From positions 40,734,001 to 40,798,000 of the forward strand of contig OX597826.1 of the NCBI GenBank assembly GCA_951406725.2: a stretch of 64,000 nucleotides of DNA, read 5' to 3'. Below, one piece after another: positions 59,586 to 64,000 of the stretch (positions within the stretch are counted from its first letter, which is position 1; each line of letters starts with the position of its first letter). The translations under genes and the position numbers were made by a program. Source of the stretch: Octopus vulgaris (taxonomy: Eukaryota). Under the pieces are notes generated by a model. The model was given only the letters and a program-made list of their open reading frames with translations. It did no database searches and was not told the origin of the DNA.

Positions 59586-59840
59586 ATGCACATACGACAC
59601 ACGCATTTTTACATACAGTATAAATACATACATAAGAAGACATGCATCACATACATATATGCATGATGGACTTGTTCTCATTCGGGTATGACGACGAGTG
59701 TCCCAGTTGATTCGGTCAAACGGTTTTATTCTAAAGCATTTGTATTTGTTTTTTAGTTCTAATAATAGGTTGTTAGTATCGCTATGCCAAGGCGGTATCT
59801 TAGAGTATATTATACACCAACACACACACACGCACACACA

Positions 59841-59912
<72 letters not shown>

Positions 59913-60130
59913 CAAAGTCAATCTCTCTTATTAATCAAAAGCCAACAACATGCGAATGTCCGCTGTGAAGTTGGTGACACTGGAGGTGCTCCAGCATAGC
60001 TACAGCCTTTGAGTTGAAATTCATTAAAAAATAAACAATAAAAGAAGATATACACTAGATATATCCAGTATATTATATATAATATGTTTGATATACAATA
60101 CATTACATACACACACACACACACACACAT

Positions 60131-60167
<37 letters not shown>

Positions 60168-60186
60168 CCTTTATATATGATCCTAT

Positions 60187-60388
60187 TATAGGCACAAGGC
60201 CTGAAATTTGCGGGGTAGAGGTAAGTCGATTACATTGACCCCAGTGCGTAACTGGTACTTATTTAATCGACACCGAAAGGATGAAAGGCAAAGTCGACCT
60301 CGGCGGAATTTGAACTCAGAACGTAGCGGCAGACGAAATACCGCTAAGTATTTCGCCCGGCGTGCTAACGATTCTGCCAACTCGCCAC
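60187..60388 (-). mobile_element. tRNA-derived SINE family 2
   Basis: Head GGCGAGTTGGCAGAATCGTTAGCACG...GAGTTCAAATTCC; body GTCGACTTTGCCTTTCATCC...ATAAGTACCAG. Confidence 0.85.
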
Positions 60389-60550
60389 CTTACACAAGTA
60401 TATACAATATTGACACACATGATACGCTTATGTGCATTCTTTACACACACTCACACACGCACACACACACACAAACACATACTTGTATACATACATAGAC
60501 ATGCACATACTTATACATATAAGTACCCATATATATATATATACACAAAT

Positions 60551-60860
60551 CAGGGCCGGATTAAGACCCATAGAGGCCCTAGGCACTTGAAAGGTTTTGC
60601 TGCCCTCAAGTATATGTAAATGGTTCAAAATGTAAACAAAAATAATTCAAAATGAAACAAAATTCACAGTAAGATGAAAAATAATGTTTATTTTTCTATG
60701 CTTCCATTATATTCATATTTGAAAAGTTCTCTCCTTCGTTTTTTTTTTTTAATTGCAAAGTGTTCAATGATATCGTCAAAATTCACTTAACGTAAAACGT
60801 CTGCTTCTATACTTAGTAGAGATAAGGCATTACAAATATTATTTCAGCAAGTTTAAAGTG
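60551..60860 (-). mobile_element. hAT transposon end with transposase C-terminal remnant
   Basis: TIR CAGGGCCGG at 60551; minus strand NALSLLSIEADVLR*VNFDDIIEHFAIKKK (hAT dimerisation-domain-like). Confidence 0.75.
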
Positions 60861-61035
60861 ATTTCTTTTGTGCCGTAAACCATTTTCATTTCTGTAGCGC
60901 CCCGATCCCTTGATGCTCTAAGCACGTACTTATTTTGTTTAATGGGTTAATGCAGCGCTGACACAAATACATACACACAGGCAGAAACACACACGCGTAC
61001 ACACACGCAGACACACACACCCCATACACACACAT

Positions 61036-61078
<43 letters not shown>

Positions 61079-61396
61079 GACTCGCTCGCACACACATTTC
61101 CTCCACTTTTACCTCTCCATACAGACTCAGTATTTTTCTATCAGGTGCACATATAGGACTTTGTAAATTTCTTAACCCCCCTCAAAGGTTGTAAGCACCT
61201 ATGATAAGCTATGGACTGGCACCGACTTGCTGGGAGATATGAACCAAATAGCTCTTCAATGCTCCACACAACTATAAACACCGTAGCATTACGAAGAGTA
61301 GCAGCAGCAGCAGCAGTGCTACTACTGCCGTTGCCATTGCTGCCGATGATGATGATGACGATGACGCTGACAATGACGACGACGATGACGATGACA

Positions 61397-61427
<31 letters not shown>

Positions 61428-61457
61428 TAATGACGATGACGATGATGACGATGATGA

Positions 61458-61491
<34 letters not shown>

Positions 61492-61554
61492 GGTGGTGGT
61501 GGTGGTGGTGATGCTTCCGCCACCGCCGCCGCGTCCCCTGCTGATATTGGTACG

Positions 61555-61591
<37 letters not shown>

Positions 61592-61881
61592 TAATTACAT
61601 GAGACGGCGGGTTTGTAGCTCATCATCACATAGACGAGTCTATTAGTGTCAAAACATGACGTATTAACATCTCCCTGACATTGGAGATGAGCTAAGGAAG
61701 AATGACAGTGTGTGTTTGTATGTACGTCTAATGTGTGTGTGTGTGTGTGTGTAAATAAACATTCATAAATATATACATACACACGCATCTACACACAAAC
61801 ACACACACACACATACACACTCACACGCACACACACACACACACACATACGCACACACACACACATATATATATATATAAT

Positions 61882-62020
61882 TTAATAAATAAAATATATG
61901 CATACATACATACATATATGTACGTACCTACATCTATATGTATATATACAAGCATATATATATGTATATATATATATATATATATGCTTGTATATATACA
62001 TATAGATGTAGGTACGTACA

Positions 62021-62073
<53 letters not shown>

Positions 62074-62155
62074 TAATAAATAAAATATATGCATACATAC
62101 AAACATATATGTACGTACCGACATCTACATGTATATATACATGCATATATAAATA
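61882..62155. repeat. Direct-inverted-direct triplication
   Basis: 61911-61958 is exactly inverted at 61981-62028; 61882-61960 is repeated directly at 62074-62155 with a few substitutions. Confidence 0.85.
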
Positions 62156-62308
62156 TATATAAGTACAGGACACCACAAAAAGACGTAAAACTCAACAGAA
62201 ACGAAAACGGAAAAGCCATTTTGTTACAACAGAAGGACAGAGACGTGGAACAGGACGAAAACGGGAAAAACATTATGTACAACAGAAAAACGAGGTACAG
62301 GAAAAATT

Positions 62309-62422
62309 CCCTTCATCAGCTGTCACTAGCAGACATAGCGTGTTTCGAAGGCAAGACAGGACACGTCTGGTCATGCTAGGCCTTCCTACGAGAGAATTAA
62401 AATAAAATAACCTCGCAGAGGG
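62309..62422 (-). ncRNA. Non-circularly permuted hammerhead ribozyme candidate, copy 1 (GUC; predicted cut between 62360 and 62359)
   Basis: CCCT-[CTGCGAG..CTCGTAG]-GAAGGC-CTAGCA..CGTGT-C-CTGTC-TT-GCCTTC-GAAACACG..TGCTAG-T-GACAG-CTGATGA-AGGG; all core nucleotides intact. Confidence 0.8.
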
Positions 62423-63034
62423 GTAAAACAAGCAAGAAAAAATGTAACACAAAAAGGGACGTAACAGAGAACTGCACAATAAAATACAAGAAAAAAATAC
62501 AAAATTAAAGATATATGTACAAGAAAATACAAAACGAGAAATAAATTACAATACGAGAAATCAAAATAAACAAGAGAACAACGAAAAAGACCAACGGAAG
62601 GCCTTTGTTCTGGCAGGGACGGAAGAGGTAACTGGCGAGCGCTGGGAAACATGACCTTAGGGCCTGAAGGCAACGTACGAAAGGATTAGCAGTGACGAAA
62701 GTGAGGAGGAGTGGGAGAGAGAGAGAGACAGATAGAGGAAGACACGCGGCTGAGAGAAGGGTGAGGAAGAGGGAGAGAGAGAAAGAGAGAGGGGAAGGCA
62801 AAGCAAAGGGAGAGAATTTTCGCGTCATAATATTAAACTATAAAACAAACTGAGAGGATAGAGACGGAACGAAGTGAAAATTCGAAAAATCGAAAATTCA
62901 AACGAACCCGACGCGAGGACAGCACAAATAAACGTAGAACACAACGAGAAACGAAAACATAAAAACAAACTAGGAAACGGACTTTTTTTAACAACGAAAA
63001 AACAGAGTACAAGACAAACAATACAAGGAATATT

Positions 63035-63154
63035 CTCCTTCATCAGCTGTCCCTGGTTCGACTCAATGCGTGTTTCGAAGGTAAGGACAGAACACGATCC
63101 GGTCGAAATAGTCCTTCCTGCAAAAGAATTAAATAAAATTCTTTTGCAGAGGGG
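63035..63154 (-). ncRNA. Non-circularly permuted hammerhead ribozyme candidate, copy 2 (GUU; predicted cut between 63091 and 63090)
   Basis: CCCCT-[CTGCAAAAGAATT..AATTCTTTTGCAG]-GAAGG..TTCGAC..CGTGT-T-CTGTCC-TTA-CCTTC-GAAACACG..GTCGAA..GGACAG-CTGATGA-AGGAG. Confidence 0.8.
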
Positions 63155-63608
63155 TAAAACAAGGAAAGAAAAAAAGTGACAAGAACAGGACGTAAAAGCA
63201 ATACAAATAAAAATACAGTACACATAAAGAATAAAAACAGGACAATGAAACCAACATTGAGGGCTTTTTTTAAGCCTAGACAATGGAAAAATTCGGAGCG
63301 CAATTTAGAATCGACTTTCTAGAGACAGAAAAAGTCGATGTTGACTTGCAGAAAGCTACGAGCAAAAGAAAGATAGTAGTCCACTCAGCAGAGAGAGAGA
63401 TGAGGAGGAGTGAGAGAGAGAGAGGAAAGGAAACCAGAAAGGGTGAAAAATAAGGAGAGATACAGGTAGAGAGGAAGACAGACAGGAAGGAAAGGTCAAG
63501 TAAAGGGTTAGAGAGTGCGCGTCAATGCACATATATATGTCTATACATATATATGTGTGTGTATATGTATACGGACATTTATACACGCGCGCTCGCGCAC
63601 ACATACAC

Positions 63609-63856
63609 ACACGAGTAAGCACACAAATGCAAATCAAGAGAGAAACAAATATTACTCGAATACCTACGGTTAAGTAATATAGTTTTTTTTACTAAAGCGA
63701 CAAAAACAGCAGAAGAGTTTCACGTTTGCGTTCGTCAGACAGCCGTGATCAAGACTGGAATAAAATTTTATTCTTGATCACCACTCCGTCGAACGAGAAC
63801 GTGAAACTCTGAGTCACAGATTCTTGTGATGTTTCTGCAGCTGTAATTTTAAAAAT
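63609..63856. mobile_element. Family B pLTR-like repeat with fold-back and two opposed hammerhead halves
   Basis: 63714-63742 minus: CTGT-CTGACGA-ACG-caaa-CGT-GAAACTCT; 63783-63819 plus: CCGTCGA-ACG-agaa-CGT-GAAACTC-T-GAGT-C-ACAG; central GTGATCAAGA/TCTTGATCAC hairpin. Confidence 0.7.
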
Positions 63857-64000
63857 GTGTGTGTATGTATGTATGTATGTATGTATGTATGTATGTATGT
63901 ATGTATGTATGTGTGTAGGTAGGTAGGTAGGTATGTATGTATGCATGCATCTATGTATATATAGATAGATAGTTATACACACACACATATATATATATAT

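Larger units (their letters stand above)
62161..63525 (-). mobile_element. Tandem dimer of diverged ~700-bp non-coding units, each with a permuted hammerhead (retrozyme-like)
   Basis: Units 62161-62828 and 62829-63525 share the ribozyme block, GGGTAAAACAAG...GGACGTAA, a GA-rich block and a terminal CGCGTCA. Confidence 0.72.

Overview
Repeat-dominated eukaryotic DNA with no recognisable host protein-coding exon. The microsatellite load ((TA)n, (CA)n, (TATG)n, (GATA)n, (AAT)n) and the tRNA-derived SINE families resemble an octopus/cephalopod genome; this is recognition, not a database result. Almost all ORFs in the supplied track are microsatellite artefacts. The real content is: a decayed Penelope-like element (PLE) RT, remnants of CR1/L2, RTE, Dong/R4 and Tx1 LINEs, two mariner pseudogenes, hAT MITEs and many SINEs. 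The most interesting layer is non-coding. The window carries about ten hammerhead-ribozyme (HHR)-like motifs from several unrelated repeat families. Three of them (minus strand 62309-62422, 63035-63154 and, decayed, 6298-6405) have the catalytic strands in a non-circularly permuted, pseudoknotted order, with extra helices inserted between A9 and G10.1. Helix sequences differ between copies while pairing is kept, and the motifs sit in 730-780 bp tandem, retrozyme-like non-coding units. Also present: a tRNA-headed, HHR-carrying SINE-like insert with a target-site duplication, a decayed twister-like motif at an RTE 5' end, and a GC-rich multi-helix RNA-like island. All folds were derived by hand; none was computed or tested.
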